The notes under the pieces: generated by a model | The model's input: only the letters and a program-made list of their open reading frames with translations | The model's database searches: none | What the model was told of the DNA's origin: nothing | Source: Clostridia bacterium | Lineage (GTDB): Bacteria; Bacillota; DTU086 | DNA: 64,000 nt | Reading direction: 5' to 3' | Assembly (NCBI GenBank): GCA_012523575.1 | Contig: JAAYIF010000025.1 | Span: forward strand, 128-64,127 | Shown here: positions 18,531-33,497 of the stretch, in pieces | How the letters are laid out: each line of letters opens with the position of its first letter | Numbering within the stretch: the first letter of the stretch is position 1 | Made by a program: the position numbers and the translations under genes

Positions 18531-18872
18531 GCGGGGGGAATCGAACCCCCGTCCGAAGGAACACCCACAAGAGCTTCTACCAGGATAGTCCCCGTTTTGT
18601 TGTTCGCCGGAATGCCTCCCGGAGACAGGATGCCTACCGACTAGCTCACTGGAATTTCCCTTAAGCTCCCGTGAGCGAGAAGCTTAAGGTAGCCCGCTCA
18701 GTCGACACCCAAACCAGCCTAGCGGACGTCAGCAGGTTGGATGAGCCGCTTTTACTAAGCAGCTAATGCGTAATTTTCGTTGGCACTTATTAGGTTCCAC
18801 CGTTTTACGAGTCGGTGGGATCTCGCCTGGCAACTCTTGCTCGTGCTTCCCCCGTCGAAACCTTTCGCCCCC
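18523..18872 (-). ncRNA. ssrA: tmRNA
   Basis: 5' GGGGGCG / 3' CGCCTCCACCA acceptor stem with G3.U, T-loop GGTTCGATTCC, tag ORF GCC AAC GAA AAT TAC GCA TTA GCT GCT TAG TAA = ANENYALAA** (18784-18752), next to smpB. Confidence 0.97.
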
Positions 18873-18901
18873 ATATACTTTTTTGCATTTTAGCATATAT
18901 A

Positions 18902-18930
18902 ATTATAATACATTATATACATTTTCGCAA
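18902..18930 (-). promoter_or_regulatory. sigmaA promoter for ssrA
   Basis: TTGCGA-17-TATAAT. Confidence 0.6.
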
Positions 18931-18955
18931 AATTCAAAATAGCTTTAAAATTTAT

Positions 18956-19423
18956 TTATATACCCTTATATCGCTGGGCAAAGGCCTTTCTCATTTCCCT
19001 TTCAGCATCCCTCTGGGCTATTTCCTTTCTTTTGTCGTAAAGCTTTTTACCCTTGGCCAGCCCAATTTCCAGTTTTACTTTGCCCCTTTCATTAAAGTAT
19101 ATTTTCAAGGGCACAAGGGTATATCCCCTTTCCTGGGTCTTCCCTATGAGCCTTCTTATCTCATGTTTATGAAGCAGAAGCTTCCTTGTCCTTTTAGGTT
19201 CGTGATTAAATTGATTGCCCGCCTCATAGGGGGAAATGTGCATGTTGTGCACAAATACTTCTCCGTTCCTAACTTCAGCATAGCTGTCCCGCAAATTCAC
19301 CTTTCCCTCACGAATGGACTTAACCTCCGTACCCGTTAAGGCAATGCCGGCTTCATAGGTTTCCTCAATAAAATAATCGTGGCGGGCCTTTTTGTTTGTA
19401 GCAATGACTTTTTGCTCAGCCAT
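18956..19423 (-). CDS. smpB: SsrA-binding protein
   Basis: [40 protein letters not shown]. Confidence 0.98.
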   Translation of the reverse strand: MAEQKVIATNKKARHDYFIEETYEAGIALTGTEVKSIREGKVNLRDSYAEVRNGEVFVHNMHISPYEAGNQFNHEPKRTRKLLLHKHEIRRLIGKTQERGYTLVPLKIYFNERGKVKLEIGLAKGKKLYDKRKEIAQRDAEREMRKAFAQRYKGI

Positions 19424-19487
19424 TTTATGAACACCCCTTATTCCCCGGTGCCAATATTATACCATCGTTTATGAAACCATCAAGCTT

Positions 19488-21608
19488 TTAATTCACCAGT
19501 TCGAAATCAATCTGCCGTTTATCCACGTCAACCCGTGCCACCAGAACTTCCACCTCGTCCCCTATCCGGTACATTTTTCTCGTATGCTGGCCCATGAGGA
19601 TCATTTTATCCTCAAGGTAGGTGTAGTAATCATCGGTTAGGGTTGAAACATGCACCAGACCCTCAACGGTATTGGGAAGCTCCACAAAAAAGCCGAAAGC
19701 CAAAACGCTGCTTATGACACCGGTAAAAACGGAACCCAGGTGCTGCTTCATATATTCAGCCTTCTTCATATCCAGGCAGTCCCTTTCAGCTTCTTCCGCC
19801 ACCTGCTCCATTATTGATGACTGCTCTGCCGCAGCGGGCATCCTCTGCTTTAAATACTCGTACCTCTTCTTTGATATCCTCCCTTTAAGGGTTTCCTTAA
19901 TAACCCTATGAATTGTTAGATCCGGGTAGCGGCGGATGGGCGAAGTGAAGTGGGTATAGTACTTGGAAGCAAGGCCGAAATGGCCGACGCACACCTCATC
20001 GTATCTTGCATGTTTCATGGACCGCAAAAGAACGGTATTTATAAGTTTTTCCTGCGGGGTATCTTTAACCTTCTCCACTATTTCCTGATATGCCCCCGGA
20101 TGAATGCTCCCTTCCCTTCCTTTTATCTTATGACCAAAAATTTTGAGAAAAGAATTGAGCTCACTTATATCTTCACTGTCCGGCTCTTCATGAATTCTGT
20201 AGATAAAAGGGACTTCAAGCCAGTACATATGCTCAGCAACGGTTTCATTGGCCAGGATCATAAATTCCTCTATGATTTTTTCAGCAATGCTTCTTTCAAG
20301 TTTGATAATATCAATGGCTCTGCCTTTACTGTCAAGAACCGCCTTCCCTTCGGGAAAATCAAAGTCCACAGCACCCCTTCTTCTCCTCTTTTCCTTTAAA
20401 ATCAAGCACAGTTCTTCCATAAGTTTGAATTCATTTATGAATTCCTTATAACGATCCATGAGCTCCTTGTCTTGATAAACAAGGATTTTTCTCACATTAT
20501 CATAGGTCATTCTTTCATCCACATTTATCACGGATTCAAAGATTTCGTAATTAATCACCCGTCCTTCCCTGTCCACTTCCATCATAACCGACAGGGCCAA
20601 TCTGTCTACCCCTGCATTTAAGCTGCATATACCGTTTGAAAGTTCGGGGGGAAGCATGGGAATAACCCTGTCCGCAAGATAAACGCTGGTACCCCTGTTG
20701 AAAGCTTCCCTGTCCAGTGCACTTCCTTCCTTAACATAATGGGCTACATCGGCAATGTGGACTCCCAGGCGGAAGTTGCCGCTGGACAAAAGCTCAATGG
20801 ACACGGCATCATCCAGATCCTTTGCGTCTGCTCCGTCAATGGTTACGGTTTTTAAGTTTCTTAAATCCCTTCTCCCCTCAATTTCTTCAGGGGATACTTC
20901 CTGGGGAGCATGTTTTACCTCCGCAAGGACTTCTTCGGGGAATTCAGTGGGAAGCCGGAACTTCTTTACTATGGAAAGAATGTCGACCCCCGGATCTCCC
21001 AGCCGCCCTATAAATTCCACAATTCTACCTTCCGGGCTGCGTCTTTTTTCCGGCCACCTTGTTATTTCCACTACAACCTTGTCATAATTAGAAGCTCCCT
21101 TATCTTCCCCCAAAGGAACGAATATATCATAGTAAAGCCTGGGATCGTCAGGCACCACAAAACCAAAATGTTTACTCTTCTCAAAGGTTCCCACCACCTG
21201 CTTGTTTGCCCTTTCCAGGATGCGCACCACTTCCCCCTCCAGCTGCCCGCTGGGGGTATGGTGCGGCCTAATCATAACTTTGTCGTTGTGCATTGCCCCT
21301 TTCATGTTGTCAAGGCTTATGTGCACATCCTTCTCGGTGGGGTCATCGGGTATTACAAACCCAAAACCTTTGCGGTGCCCCTGGAGCCTTCCGATAATAA
21401 GGCCCATCTTTTTGGGAAGCCCGTAGCGGTGCTTCCTTGTTAAGACAATGCTCCCTTCCTTTTCCAGCCTGTTCAGCATTTGAAAGAAAGCCTGCATTTC
21501 CTCTATATCTTCAATTCCCAGAGCATTAATGAGTTCTTCCGCTGTCATTGGCTTATAACTACTTTCATCCATAAAAGCTATCAATTCTTTTTCAGAAATC
21601 ACATACAT
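19488..21608 (-). CDS. rnr: Ribonuclease R
   Basis: TIDGADAKDLDDA, HFTSPIRRYPDL, C-terminal S1 domain; secG-rnr-smpB synteny. Confidence 0.96.
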   Translation of the reverse strand: MYVISEKELIAFMDESSYKPMTAEELINALGIEDIEEMQAFFQMLNRLEKEGSIVLTRKHRYGLPKKMGLIIGRLQGHRKGFGFVIPDDPTEKDVHISLDNMKGAMHNDKVMIRPHHTPSGQLEGEVVRILERANKQVVGTFEKSKHFGFVVPDDPRLYYDIFVPLGEDKGASNYDKVVVEITRWPEKRRSPEGRIVEFIGRLGDPGVDILSIVKKFRLPTEFPEEVLAEVKHAPQEVSPEEIEGRRDLRNLKTVTIDGADAKDLDDAVSIELLSSGNFRLGVHIADVAHYVKEGSALDREAFNRGTSVYLADRVIPMLPPELSNGICSLNAGVDRLALSVMMEVDREGRVINYEIFESVINVDERMTYDNVRKILVYQDKELMDRYKEFINEFKLMEELCLILKEKRRRRGAVDFDFPEGKAVLDSKGRAIDIIKLERSIAEKIIEEFMILANETVAEHMYWLEVPFIYRIHEEPDSEDISELNSFLKIFGHKIKGREGSIHPGAYQEIVEKVKDTPQEKLINTVLLRSMKHARYDEVCVGHFGLASKYYTHFTSPIRRYPDLTIHRVIKETLKGRISKKRYEYLKQRMPAAAEQSSIMEQVAEEAERDCLDMKKAEYMKQHLGSVFTGVISSVLAFGFFVELPNTVEGLVHVSTLTDDYYTYLEDKMILMGQHTRKMYRIGDEVEVLVARVDVDKRQIDFELVN

Positions 21609-21635
21609 CCTCTCCTGGTAAAAAATATTCTTCCT

Positions 21636-22190
21636 TTAAAGTTCCAGGTCTTCAGAGATTTCCTGCATTGCCTCCAACCCAATTTCCACAAATTCCCTTA
21701 GTTCCAGCCCCAGCTGGGAACATGCCTTAATCTGCTCCCGGTTGGCTCCCCTGGCAAAGGATTTTTCCTTAAATCTGTTGAGAACAAAGTCCGTATCAAT
21801 GGCACTGAGCTTTTTCTCCGGACTTATCAGGGCTGCAGCCACAATGAGCCCCGTAAGGGGATCCACCGCATACAGAGCCTTATCCAAAAGGCTTTCCCTC
21901 TCAATCCCATGCATATAATTATGTGCCTTTACCGCATGCACCAGTTCTTCGGGAAAGCCCAACTCCGCAAGCATTTCTCCCCCTACCAGTGAATGCCTTT
22001 GGGAATCGTCGCGGGTCTCCTCATAATCTATATCGTGAAGAAGCCCTGCCAGCCCCCACAGTTCCTCATCTTCTCCAAAACGTTCCGCCAGCTTCCGCAT
22101 AATGGCCTCCGCCGCAAGGCAGTGCTTCCTCAAATTTTTATTCTTCAGATTCTTTTTTAAAATATTCAGCGCTTCATCCCTGGAAATCAC
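21636..22190 (-). CDS. HD (HDIG) domain metal-dependent phosphohydrolase
   Basis: HCLAAE...GLLHDIDY...H...AH...D motif set. Confidence 0.85.
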   Translation of the reverse strand: MISRDEALNILKKNLKNKNLRKHCLAAEAIMRKLAERFGEDEELWGLAGLLHDIDYEETRDDSQRHSLVGGEMLAELGFPEELVHAVKAHNYMHGIERESLLDKALYAVDPLTGLIVAAALISPEKKLSAIDTDFVLNRFKEKSFARGANREQIKACSQLGLELREFVEIGLEAMQEISEDLEL

Positions 22191-22350
22191 TTATAAAACC
22201 TCCCTATTTGTTTATTGGCCGGTTTATGCTATTTAATACCGTATTTTATCAAAAAAATTGCCGGGCGGAAAGAAATTATCTGTAAACACCCCGCCCGGCC
22301 TCTTTTTCTTTTTTAATAAGCCAGCTTCTGCTCTATTCAATAATTATAAA

Positions 22351-24357
22351 TTACATGAAAAGTGGAGCAAATACCAGGGAAACTATGGTCATAAGCTTGA
22401 TAAGAATGTTAAGGGATGGACCGGAAGTGTCCTTAAAGGGATCCCCTACGGTATCCCCGTTTACTGCTGCCGCATGGGCAGGGGATCCTTTGCCGCCAAA
22501 CTCACCTGTTTCAATGTACTTTTTAGCGTTGTCCCAGGCTCCCCCGGCATTGGCCATCATAATTGCCAGAAGGAATCCGGTGATCAGGGAACCCGCCAGC
22601 ATTCCCCCAAGGGCTTCTTTACCGAGAGCCGGAATTAAGCCCACAGCCAGAGGGAATATAACAGCCAGCAGTCCGGGTATAATCATTTCCCTTAGGGCAG
22701 CCCCGGTACTGATGGCAACGCATCTTGCATAATCGGGTTTCGCCTTGCCTTCCATAATACCCGGGATTTCCCTGAACTGTCTCCTTACTTCTTCAATCAT
22801 GTCAAAGGCAGCACGTCCCACTGCCTGCATGGTAAGGGCCGAGAACAGGAACGGAAGCATACCGCCGATAAACAGACCGGCAACAACTTTGGGAGAAGTC
22901 AGGTCAATGGCTTTTAACCCGACACTTTTGGTGTATGCTGAAAACAGCGACAGTGCAGTAAGGGCAGCGGAGCCAATGGCAAAACCTTTCCCAACGGCAG
23001 CGGTGGTATTACCCACGGAATCCAGGGCGTCAGTAATTTCCCTTACATGGGGATCCTGCCCTGACATTTCAGCGATGCCGCCGGCATTATCAGCTATGGG
23101 GCCGTAAGCATCAACGGCAACGGTCATTCCTGTGGTGGAAAGCATACCTACAGCTGAAAGGGCAATACCGTAAAGGCCTGCAAACTTATAAGCCAGCAGT
23201 ATGGCAATTACTATCACAAAGATAGGTATGGCGGTACTCATCATACCCACCGATATACCGCTGATTATATTGGTTGCTGTACCTGTTTGGGAAGATTTAG
23301 CTATTTCCTTTACCGGATTATAGTCGCTGGATGTATAATATTCAGTTACCTTACCTATAATAACCCCTGCCACAAGACCTGCCACTGCAGCAATAAATAC
23401 TCCAAAGCTGTTTTCTTCCAGGAGGTATGTAGTTAGGAAATAGATAGCCACTACAGTGAGAACGGTAGCAACAAGGTTAGCGGTATTTATGACTTTCTGG
23501 GCGTTATCGCCCCCTGCTTTTTGCACAAACAGTACACCCAAAGCTGAAGCGACGAGGCCGAAACCGGCAATAAACATGGGAAGTATATCGCCGTTTGTGA
23601 TGTTCAAGGTGACAGCCAAGGCAATGGCAGCAACAATGGACCCTACATAGGATTCAAAGAGGTCAGCACCCATGCCTGCCACGTCCCCCACGTTGTCACC
23701 CACATTATCAGCAATGGTTGCCGGGTTTCTTGGATCGTCCTCGGGAATTCCTGCTTCAACTTTACCCACCAGGTCAGCCCCTACGTCCGCCGCCATGGTG
23801 TATATTCCGCACCCTACCCGTCCAAAAAGGGCTATGGAACTGGCTCCCAAAGCAAAACCATTTATAATTACAGGGTCCTTAAAGATTAAATTAATTATCC
23901 CCAGACCCAGAAGTCCAAGACCTGCTACGGACATGCCCATAACGGATCCACCGGAAAAGGCAATATCCAAAGCTTTTTTGGCACTTTCCCTTGCAGCATT
24001 GGTGGTCCTTCCGTTTGCCTTTGTGGCTGCATTCATTCCTATAAATCCTGCTAGGGCAGAACAAATGGCACCGCAAACAAAAGCCACTGCGGTTTCAGGC
24101 TGCAGGCTTCCTTCTCCCTTTGTAAGGAATCCCGCAATTAAAATAACACCGCCAAGGAGTATTACAAAGTAAATCAGCGTGGTATATTGGCGTTTCAGGA
24201 AAGCCATTGCTCCTTCATGGATGGCGTTGGTCAGTTCCTTAATCCGTTCCGAACCCAAATCAGCTTTGCTTATCCTATTAGCGAAATAATAAGCAAACAA
24301 GAGTCCGATAACTCCAAATAGCGGAGGTGTTAATAGAGACTTAAACATTTTCCACAC
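22351..24357 (-). CDS. hppA: K+-dependent membrane pyrophosphatase, probably Na+-translocating
   Basis: [27 protein letters not shown] (K+-dependent type), [30 protein letters not shown]. Confidence 0.93.
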   Translation of the reverse strand: MWKMFKSLLTPPLFGVIGLLFAYYFANRISKADLGSERIKELTNAIHEGAMAFLKRQYTTLIYFVILLGGVILIAGFLTKGEGSLQPETAVAFVCGAICSALAGFIGMNAATKANGRTTNAARESAKKALDIAFSGGSVMGMSVAGLGLLGLGIINLIFKDPVIINGFALGASSIALFGRVGCGIYTMAADVGADLVGKVEAGIPEDDPRNPATIADNVGDNVGDVAGMGADLFESYVGSIVAAIALAVTLNITNGDILPMFIAGFGLVASALGVLFVQKAGGDNAQKVINTANLVATVLTVVAIYFLTTYLLEENSFGVFIAAVAGLVAGVIIGKVTEYYTSSDYNPVKEIAKSSQTGTATNIISGISVGMMSTAIPIFVIVIAILLAYKFAGLYGIALSAVGMLSTTGMTVAVDAYGPIADNAGGIAEMSGQDPHVREITDALDSVGNTTAAVGKGFAIGSAALTALSLFSAYTKSVGLKAIDLTSPKVVAGLFIGGMLPFLFSALTMQAVGRAAFDMIEEVRRQFREIPGIMEGKAKPDYARCVAISTGAALREMIIPGLLAVIFPLAVGLIPALGKEALGGMLAGSLITGFLLAIMMANAGGAWDNAKKYIETGEFGGKGSPAHAAAVNGDTVGDPFKDTSGPSLNILIKLMTIVSLVFAPLFM

Positions 24358-24472
24358 TCCCGTTCAGCATCATCAAATATTTAAATTTAATTCAAAATAA
24401 ATTAATAAATAAGCCTGCTTACAAGCTTATTTTAAAAATTTTTCTATTCATTTTTTCTATGCAGCATTTCCG

Positions 24473-24706
24473 TCAAATCATGGATAAAAGAAGGGTTAGA
24501 ATCAGAAAAGCTATTGCCAGTGCAATGGTTATTTTATGAAGCAGCCTGTCCATTCCCTTTTTCTTACCAAAAAAAGTTTCGGCTCCTCCGGCAATGGCTC
24601 CGGATATTCCGGCACTTCTCCCTGACTGAAGTATTACTGAGGCTATTAGTCCCAAGGATACTATAACCTGTAGAATGGTGAGGACTGTCTTCAACTTCCT
24701 TAACAC
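24473..24706 (-). CDS. secG: Preprotein translocase subunit SecG
   Basis: VILQSGRSAGISGAIAGG...KKKG; start may be TTG 24694. Confidence 0.93.
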   Translation of the reverse strand: MLRKLKTVLTILQVIVSLGLIASVILQSGRSAGISGAIAGGAETFFGKKKGMDRLLHKITIALAIAFLILTLLLSMI

Positions 24707-24763
24707 CCCCCTATGCTTTGATCAATAAATATATTCTAACACAGCCTCCCGAAAAACACAATA

Positions 24764-24796
24764 AATTCCCGATACATTGATTATGTATCGGGAATT
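24764..24796. terminator. Terminator downstream of eno
   Basis: 14-bp stem AATTCCCGATACAT-N5-ATGTATCGGGAATT. Confidence 0.7.
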
Positions 24797-24822
24797 GTAA
24801 CCTTTTTTAATTTTTTAAATCC

Positions 24823-27668
<2,846 letters not shown>

Positions 27669-27729
27669 TCATTGCACCTTCCTTCAAAAGGGCAGTTGGG
27701 CGCCTTTTGGGCGCCCTCTTTTTAAGTTT

Positions 27730-28488
27730 TCAAATCACACAGAGGCGAACAATTTCCCCAAAACTGTCAGCCTTTAAACTTGCCCCGCCCACCAGGGCTC
27801 CATCAATATTGGGCTGGGCAATAAACTCCACGATATTTTCGGGCTTTACGCTGCCCCCGTAAAGAATCCTTACCCTTTCAGCGGTTCTCGCAGAGTAGGT
27901 ATTGGCCAGAATAAGCCTTAAAAAATTGGCCACATGATCCGCATCTTTCGGGGATGCGGTTCTTCCGGTTCCTATGGCCCAGACGGGCTCATAGGCAACC
28001 ACTATCTCGTTCCCTTCCAAATTGTCTATGCCCTCAAGGCTTTCCATAAGCTGTTCCCTGCATACTCTGTCGGTCTCCCCAGCCTCCCGCTGGGACAGGG
28101 TTTCCCCCACGCAAATAATGGGAATAAGCTTATGTTTTAATGCGGATTTAACCTTCTTGCTCACATTTTCATTGGTTTCCCCAAAAAACTGGCGCCGTTC
28201 AGAATGCCCCAGTATAACAAAACTGCAGCCGAGATCTTTCAGCATCACCGGAGAAATTTCTCCGGTATAGGCTCCCTGGTCCTCCCAGAACATGTTTTGA
28301 GCCCCCACATGAATTCCGCTTCCCTTGCAGGTTTTTGCAACGGTTTCCAAAGAGGTAAAGGGAGGGCACAAAGCCACTTCAACTTCTTTTGTATCAGAAA
28401 GCCTGCTTCTCAGTTTTTCAACCAGAGAGGCTGCCTCTTTGGTTGTTAAATTCATTTTCCAGTTGCCTACAATTAAAGGTGTTCTCAT
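27730..28488 (-). CDS. tpiA: Triosephosphate isomerase
   Basis: GNWKMN, GHSERR, AYEPVWAIGTG, LVGGASL; ATG 28488. Confidence 0.98.
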   Translation of the reverse strand: MRTPLIVGNWKMNLTTKEAASLVEKLRSRLSDTKEVEVALCPPFTSLETVAKTCKGSGIHVGAQNMFWEDQGAYTGEISPVMLKDLGCSFVILGHSERRQFFGETNENVSKKVKSALKHKLIPIICVGETLSQREAGETDRVCREQLMESLEGIDNLEGNEIVVAYEPVWAIGTGRTASPKDADHVANFLRLILANTYSARTAERVRILYGGSVKPENIVEFIAQPNIDGALVGGASLKADSFGEIVRLCVI

Positions 28489-28566
28489 AAAAAACACTCC
28501 CCCAAGCAGAATTAGCTTTTCGGAGCAATTCTGTTTTTTTTAATTATTTTATTTAATTTGTTAATG

Positions 28567-29745
28567 CTACTTTTCCATAATAACGGAAATTCCGGGCAGT
28601 TCTTCTCCACCCAAATATTTCAACGAAGCTCCGCCTCCTGTGGAGACATGGGTAATGCGGTCTGCAACACCCATTTTTTCCGCCGCAGCCGCGGAATCTC
28701 CTCCTCCCACAAAACTGTAGGGAACGTCGGCAACCGCATCCGCTACGGCCTTTGTCCCCCCTGCAAAGGCATCATGTTCAAAAACCCCCATGGGGCCAAC
28801 CCATACCGCAGAACGGGATTCCCTGATAATTTCCGAGTATTTCTGAGCTGTTTTTGGACCTATATCAAGAATCATCATATTTTCAGGGACTGCATCCACC
28901 GCAACCACTTCGGTCTTTGCTTCCGGGCTTATTTCCTCCGCCACCACTACATCCTCTGGCAAGAAAAGCTTTACTCCGTTCGTACGGGAACTTTCAACTA
29001 TATCCAGGGCAGGTTTGACCTTTTCTTCTTCTACAAGGGATTTACCCACTTCATGCTCCATGGCCTGTAAGAAAGTATTGGCCACTCCGCCACCTATTAA
29101 GAGATTATCCACATGATTCATAAAATTCAGTAAAACGGACATTTTATCTGCAATTTTAGCTCCTCCCACCACTGCAGTCAGGGGGCGGTCCGGTTCCTTA
29201 AGAATTTTATCCATTATGGAAATTTCCTTTTCCATCAGAAAGCCCGCCACCGTGGGAAGGTGTTCAGCAACTCCGTAGGTGGAAGCATGGGCCCTGTGGG
29301 CTGCACCAAAGGCATCATTGACAAATATATCCCCAAGCTCCGCAAGCTCCCGGGCAAATTCAGGGTCATTGGAAGTTTCGCCGGGATAAAAGCGGGTGTT
29401 TTCAAGGAGCAGAACGTCCCCTTCAGCCATTTCTCCCACTGCTTCCTGGGCTTCTGGTCCAACGCAGGAATCTATTTTCCTAACTCTTCTGCCCAAAAGT
29501 TCTTCAAGCCTTCGGGCCACCGGATCCATTTTGAATGCGGGATCGGGTTTTCCTTTGGGACGTCCCAGATGGGACATTAAAATCACCTTTGCCCCGCCGT
29601 TGATCAAATACTCAATGGTGGGCAATGCTGCCTCAATGCGGGTATCATCCATAACGGCCCCGTCCTTTAAGGGGACATTGAAATCAACCCTTACCAGAAC
29701 CCTTTTAGAACGCACATCAAGATCTCTGATGGTTTTTTTCGGCAT
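28567..29745 (-). CDS. pgk: Phosphoglycerate kinase
   Basis: RVDFNVP, SHLGRP, NDAFGAAHRAHAS, HVSTGGGASL; ATG 29745 after AGGAGG. Confidence 0.98.
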   Translation of the reverse strand: MPKKTIRDLDVRSKRVLVRVDFNVPLKDGAVMDDTRIEAALPTIEYLINGGAKVILMSHLGRPKGKPDPAFKMDPVARRLEELLGRRVRKIDSCVGPEAQEAVGEMAEGDVLLLENTRFYPGETSNDPEFARELAELGDIFVNDAFGAAHRAHASTYGVAEHLPTVAGFLMEKEISIMDKILKEPDRPLTAVVGGAKIADKMSVLLNFMNHVDNLLIGGGVANTFLQAMEHEVGKSLVEEEKVKPALDIVESSRTNGVKLFLPEDVVVAEEISPEAKTEVVAVDAVPENMMILDIGPKTAQKYSEIIRESRSAVWVGPMGVFEHDAFAGGTKAVADAVADVPYSFVGGGDSAAAAEKMGVADRITHVSTGGGASLKYLGGEELPGISVIMEK

Positions 29746-29791
29746 TTCCCCCGCCTCCTGAAGGATATTTATACTTTGTTTTATATTTGAT

Positions 29792-30811
<1,020 letters not shown>

Positions 30812-31041
30812 TTAAACCTAATATTTTTTAATTTGGCTAAATTTTCTGCTTCCAAAACTATTTTAAATAAATACGACACATATTCCTGCCATTACCGCTC
30901 TTTATAGTATTTCTATTACAATTTATTAATATTAATTTGGAAATTGTGGTTTAAAAAACTTAAAAATCCCCATCCACGATTATTCCACAAAAGGATAAAG
31001 AATCCTTTTTATCGCTAATTAATTATATTCCAAAAAAAGGA

Positions 31042-31097
31042 TTGACTAAAATTGCTGTAAAAATATAATATTATTAGTACCAGGTAATTAGTACCTG
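31042..31097 (+). promoter_or_regulatory. sigmaA-like promoter followed by an operator-like repeat
   Basis: TTGACT-16-TATAAT (31042-69); ATTAGTACC direct repeat (31073, 31087) overlapping CAGGTA-N5-TACCTG (31081-97). Confidence 0.45.
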
Positions 31098-31131
31098 ATT
31101 ATAATATTAGGTTTTATTATAAGGTGATAAT

Positions 31132-31398
31132 ATGATAACAGCAAATTATGAATTTGTTCCCGGGATTCAAAAGGCAAGTTTTAAGCTCCCTTATAATATC
31201 AATCTTGAAAAGCTGGAATCCTTTTTCAAAAAGAAGCACATGGAAACAAAAATAAATAAAGAAACGCTGGCAGCTATAACCAACGATACATATATTTACG
31301 TAAAAAGAAACGGGTTTGTTCAAGTTCATTCCTTTAAAAGGATACGTCCCCTTTACCTGTGCAAAAAAATAGCCGGTTTCAAAACCGGCCATTCTTAA
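31132..31398 (+). CDS. Small basic hypothetical protein
   Basis: 88-aa ORF with AAGGTGA RBS and an upstream promoter; no recognisable motif. Confidence 0.55.
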   Translation: MITANYEFVPGIQKASFKLPYNINLEKLESFFKKKHMETKINKETLAAITNDTYIYVKRNGFVQVHSFKRIRPLYLCKKIAGFKTGHS

Positions 31399-31419
31399 AA
31401 CCTATTTATTTGTATCTCC

Positions 31420-32022
31420 CTATCTCCCTCTGAACATATACCTCCTTACGGTTAACCCGTATCTCCAAACATAAAGTAAAATCAGCACAGAAAGTCCTAT
31501 AGACGTAAGCATTGCAAAGAATCTTTGATCAGGATGATACAGATAGGGATGTATCCCCCACCAATAGTCAAGATAGTCGTTAAGCCCAAACCACAATGCC
31601 AAAAGAAGAAGATAAAACTTGGAAACATCCAGGTACCTTAAAAAAATGTAACCTTCCATAGCCATTCCCACATGGGACAAAAGAAGCGCCGCCGTTATAA
31701 AGGTGGGGCTTCCCGTGGTCAGCCAGTAATGGAGAATAACCGCTATGGCCCAAATCCCGTATTTAATTACTCCGGTGTAGGCAAAGAGCTGAAAAAGTTT
31801 ATTATGGACACCCATTAAAATAAAAAAAACAGCAAGGGCAAATAAAGTGGCTGAAAAGGGACTGTCAAAGGTAAAAAGCCAGAGTTCCTTGGGCGTTGCC
31901 ATCAGCTGCCCCTTATTCCAGTGATACCCGTATATGGAACCCAGTATGTTGACAATAATTAAAAAGATCAGAAACCCGCGGCGGAAAGGATTTTGAAAGA
32001 GCTTACGAATCACTGCCGGCAT
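31420..32022 (-). CDS. DUF1405-family membrane protein
   Basis: NILGSIYGYHWN...DSP...KYGIW...SHVGM..EG...NDYLDY. Confidence 0.75.
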   Translation of the reverse strand: MPAVIRKLFQNPFRRGFLIFLIIVNILGSIYGYHWNKGQLMATPKELWLFTFDSPFSATLFALAVFFILMGVHNKLFQLFAYTGVIKYGIWAIAVILHYWLTTGSPTFITAALLLSHVGMAMEGYIFLRYLDVSKFYLLLLALWFGLNDYLDYWWGIHPYLYHPDQRFFAMLTSIGLSVLILLYVWRYGLTVRRYMFRGR

Positions 32023-32512
32023 CCTCTTTCCTAAGATTTTTTATCACCCTGGCGGGAACCCCTCCCACAAAAGTATACGGAGGAATATCCCTGTTAACCA
32101 GAGAACAGGCAGACACCACTGCCCCCTTGCCAATGGTAACCCCGGGTAAGATAGTGGTATTTGCCCCCACCATTACATCGTCTTCAATAATAACATTCCC
32201 AATTCTGTACTCATTTCTTAAAAATTCATGGCATAAAATTGTTGAATTGTAGCCTATTATTACATTACTTCCTATTTTTATTTTTTCCGGATAGAAAATG
32301 TCCAGCATAACCATAAGCCCAACGGAGGGGTATGGCCCCACTTCAGTTTTAAGAAAGGTTCTATACAGAAAATTTTTAAGCCTCAAAGAAGGACTGTATC
32401 GGCAAAACTGTATAACAATAAAATTCTTCACCACTTTCAGGGGATTTATAATTTTGGGCCAGTACCACAATGAATTATGGCCCTTTACGGGGTAGCAATT
32501 TATGCGGCGCAC
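32003..32512 (-). CDS. Hexapeptide-repeat acyltransferase (YvoF-like)
   Basis: Left-handed beta-helix repeats, ILCHEFL, GGVPARVI. Confidence 0.85.
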   Translation of the reverse strand: MRRINCYPVKGHNSLWYWPKIINPLKVVKNFIVIQFCRYSPSLRLKNFLYRTFLKTEVGPYPSVGLMVMLDIFYPEKIKIGSNVIIGYNSTILCHEFLRNEYRIGNVIIEDDVMVGANTTILPGVTIGKGAVVSACSLVNRDIPPYTFVGGVPARVIKNLRKEDAGSDS

Positions 32513-32516
32513 CCTG

Positions 32517-33437
32517 TCAGCACCCTCCCATAAAACCGCTCTTTTTTATTTTTTCCGCTATATAGCTTATCTTCCGCATTCTATGATTAACCCCTGATTT
32601 TCCCACCGGGGGATTGAGCATTTCCCCAAGCTCTTTCATACTTGATTCCGGATTGACTAGCCTAAGTTTTGCAACTTCATATAACTTTTCGGGCAGCTTT
32701 TCAATGCCCACCACCCTGTCGATTAATTCTATATCCTCTATCTGCTTTAAAGCTGCGTTTATGCTTTTATTCATGTTGGCCGTTTCGCAGTTAACCAGTC
32801 TGTTGACCCGATTGCGCATTCCCTTGTAGATCCTTATGTTTTCCATGGACAGAAGGGAAGAATGGGCTCCTATAATATTTAAGAAGTGGGCTATCTGCTC
32901 TGCTTCCTTTAAATAAACAACATAGGAATTCTTTCTCCTGCTTATACCGGGTCTTAAATCCCATTTTTTCATCAATCTCGCCACTTTCTGAGCACATTTT
33001 AGACCAGTGCATGATATTTCAAGATGGTAGGCCCTTAGGGGATCTATAATGGAACCCCCGGCCAAAAAGGCATCCCTTAAATAGGCTTTTTGGCAGCACG
33101 GATTCATTTCTGCTTTATCTGGAACTGCAAAACCCTGTAGGTCTTCCCCTTTAACAATTATGAAGTAGACGTTCCTTTTTTTGAAGTTATTTTTCTTGGA
33201 TACGCATATTTCAGAATTTATGCCCCATACATTTTTTATCAGTTTAAAAATTTTCCTTGCCACCGATGCAATTTCCGTATTAAATCTCAGTACCACCTCA
33301 CCTTTATATGTACAAGGCTTAACGCCGTCAATTTCCCTGAATGCCGAAAGTTCGGCTATCTGACAGCACCTGGCCTGGGAGATCTTTCTTGCCAGCTCCC
33401 CTTTAGCCTTAGAAGAAAAGGACAATAACCTCACCAC
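32517..33437 (-). CDS. whiA: DNA-binding protein WhiA
   Basis: SFSSKAKGELAR, YLRDAFLAGGS.DP...YHLE, NRLVNCETAN, SKSGVNHR-like C-terminal HTH. Confidence 0.93.
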   Translation of the reverse strand: MVRLLSFSSKAKGELARKISQARCCQIAELSAFREIDGVKPCTYKGEVVLRFNTEIASVARKIFKLIKNVWGINSEICVSKKNNFKKRNVYFIIVKGEDLQGFAVPDKAEMNPCCQKAYLRDAFLAGGSIIDPLRAYHLEISCTGLKCAQKVARLMKKWDLRPGISRRKNSYVVYLKEAEQIAHFLNIIGAHSSLLSMENIRIYKGMRNRVNRLVNCETANMNKSINAALKQIEDIELIDRVVGIEKLPEKLYEVAKLRLVNPESSMKELGEMLNPPVGKSGVNHRMRKISYIAEKIKKSGFMGGC

Positions 33438-33497
33438 TTTTCAACTTAATAAATCACACATTAATAAAAATTTTAACACAAGGTAGTACCAAAGGGC

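Noticed and set aside
18206-18664. 152-aa ORF as a complete gene
   Set aside because: It is a chimera of non-coding sequence, the integrase tail and the antisense strand of ssrA.
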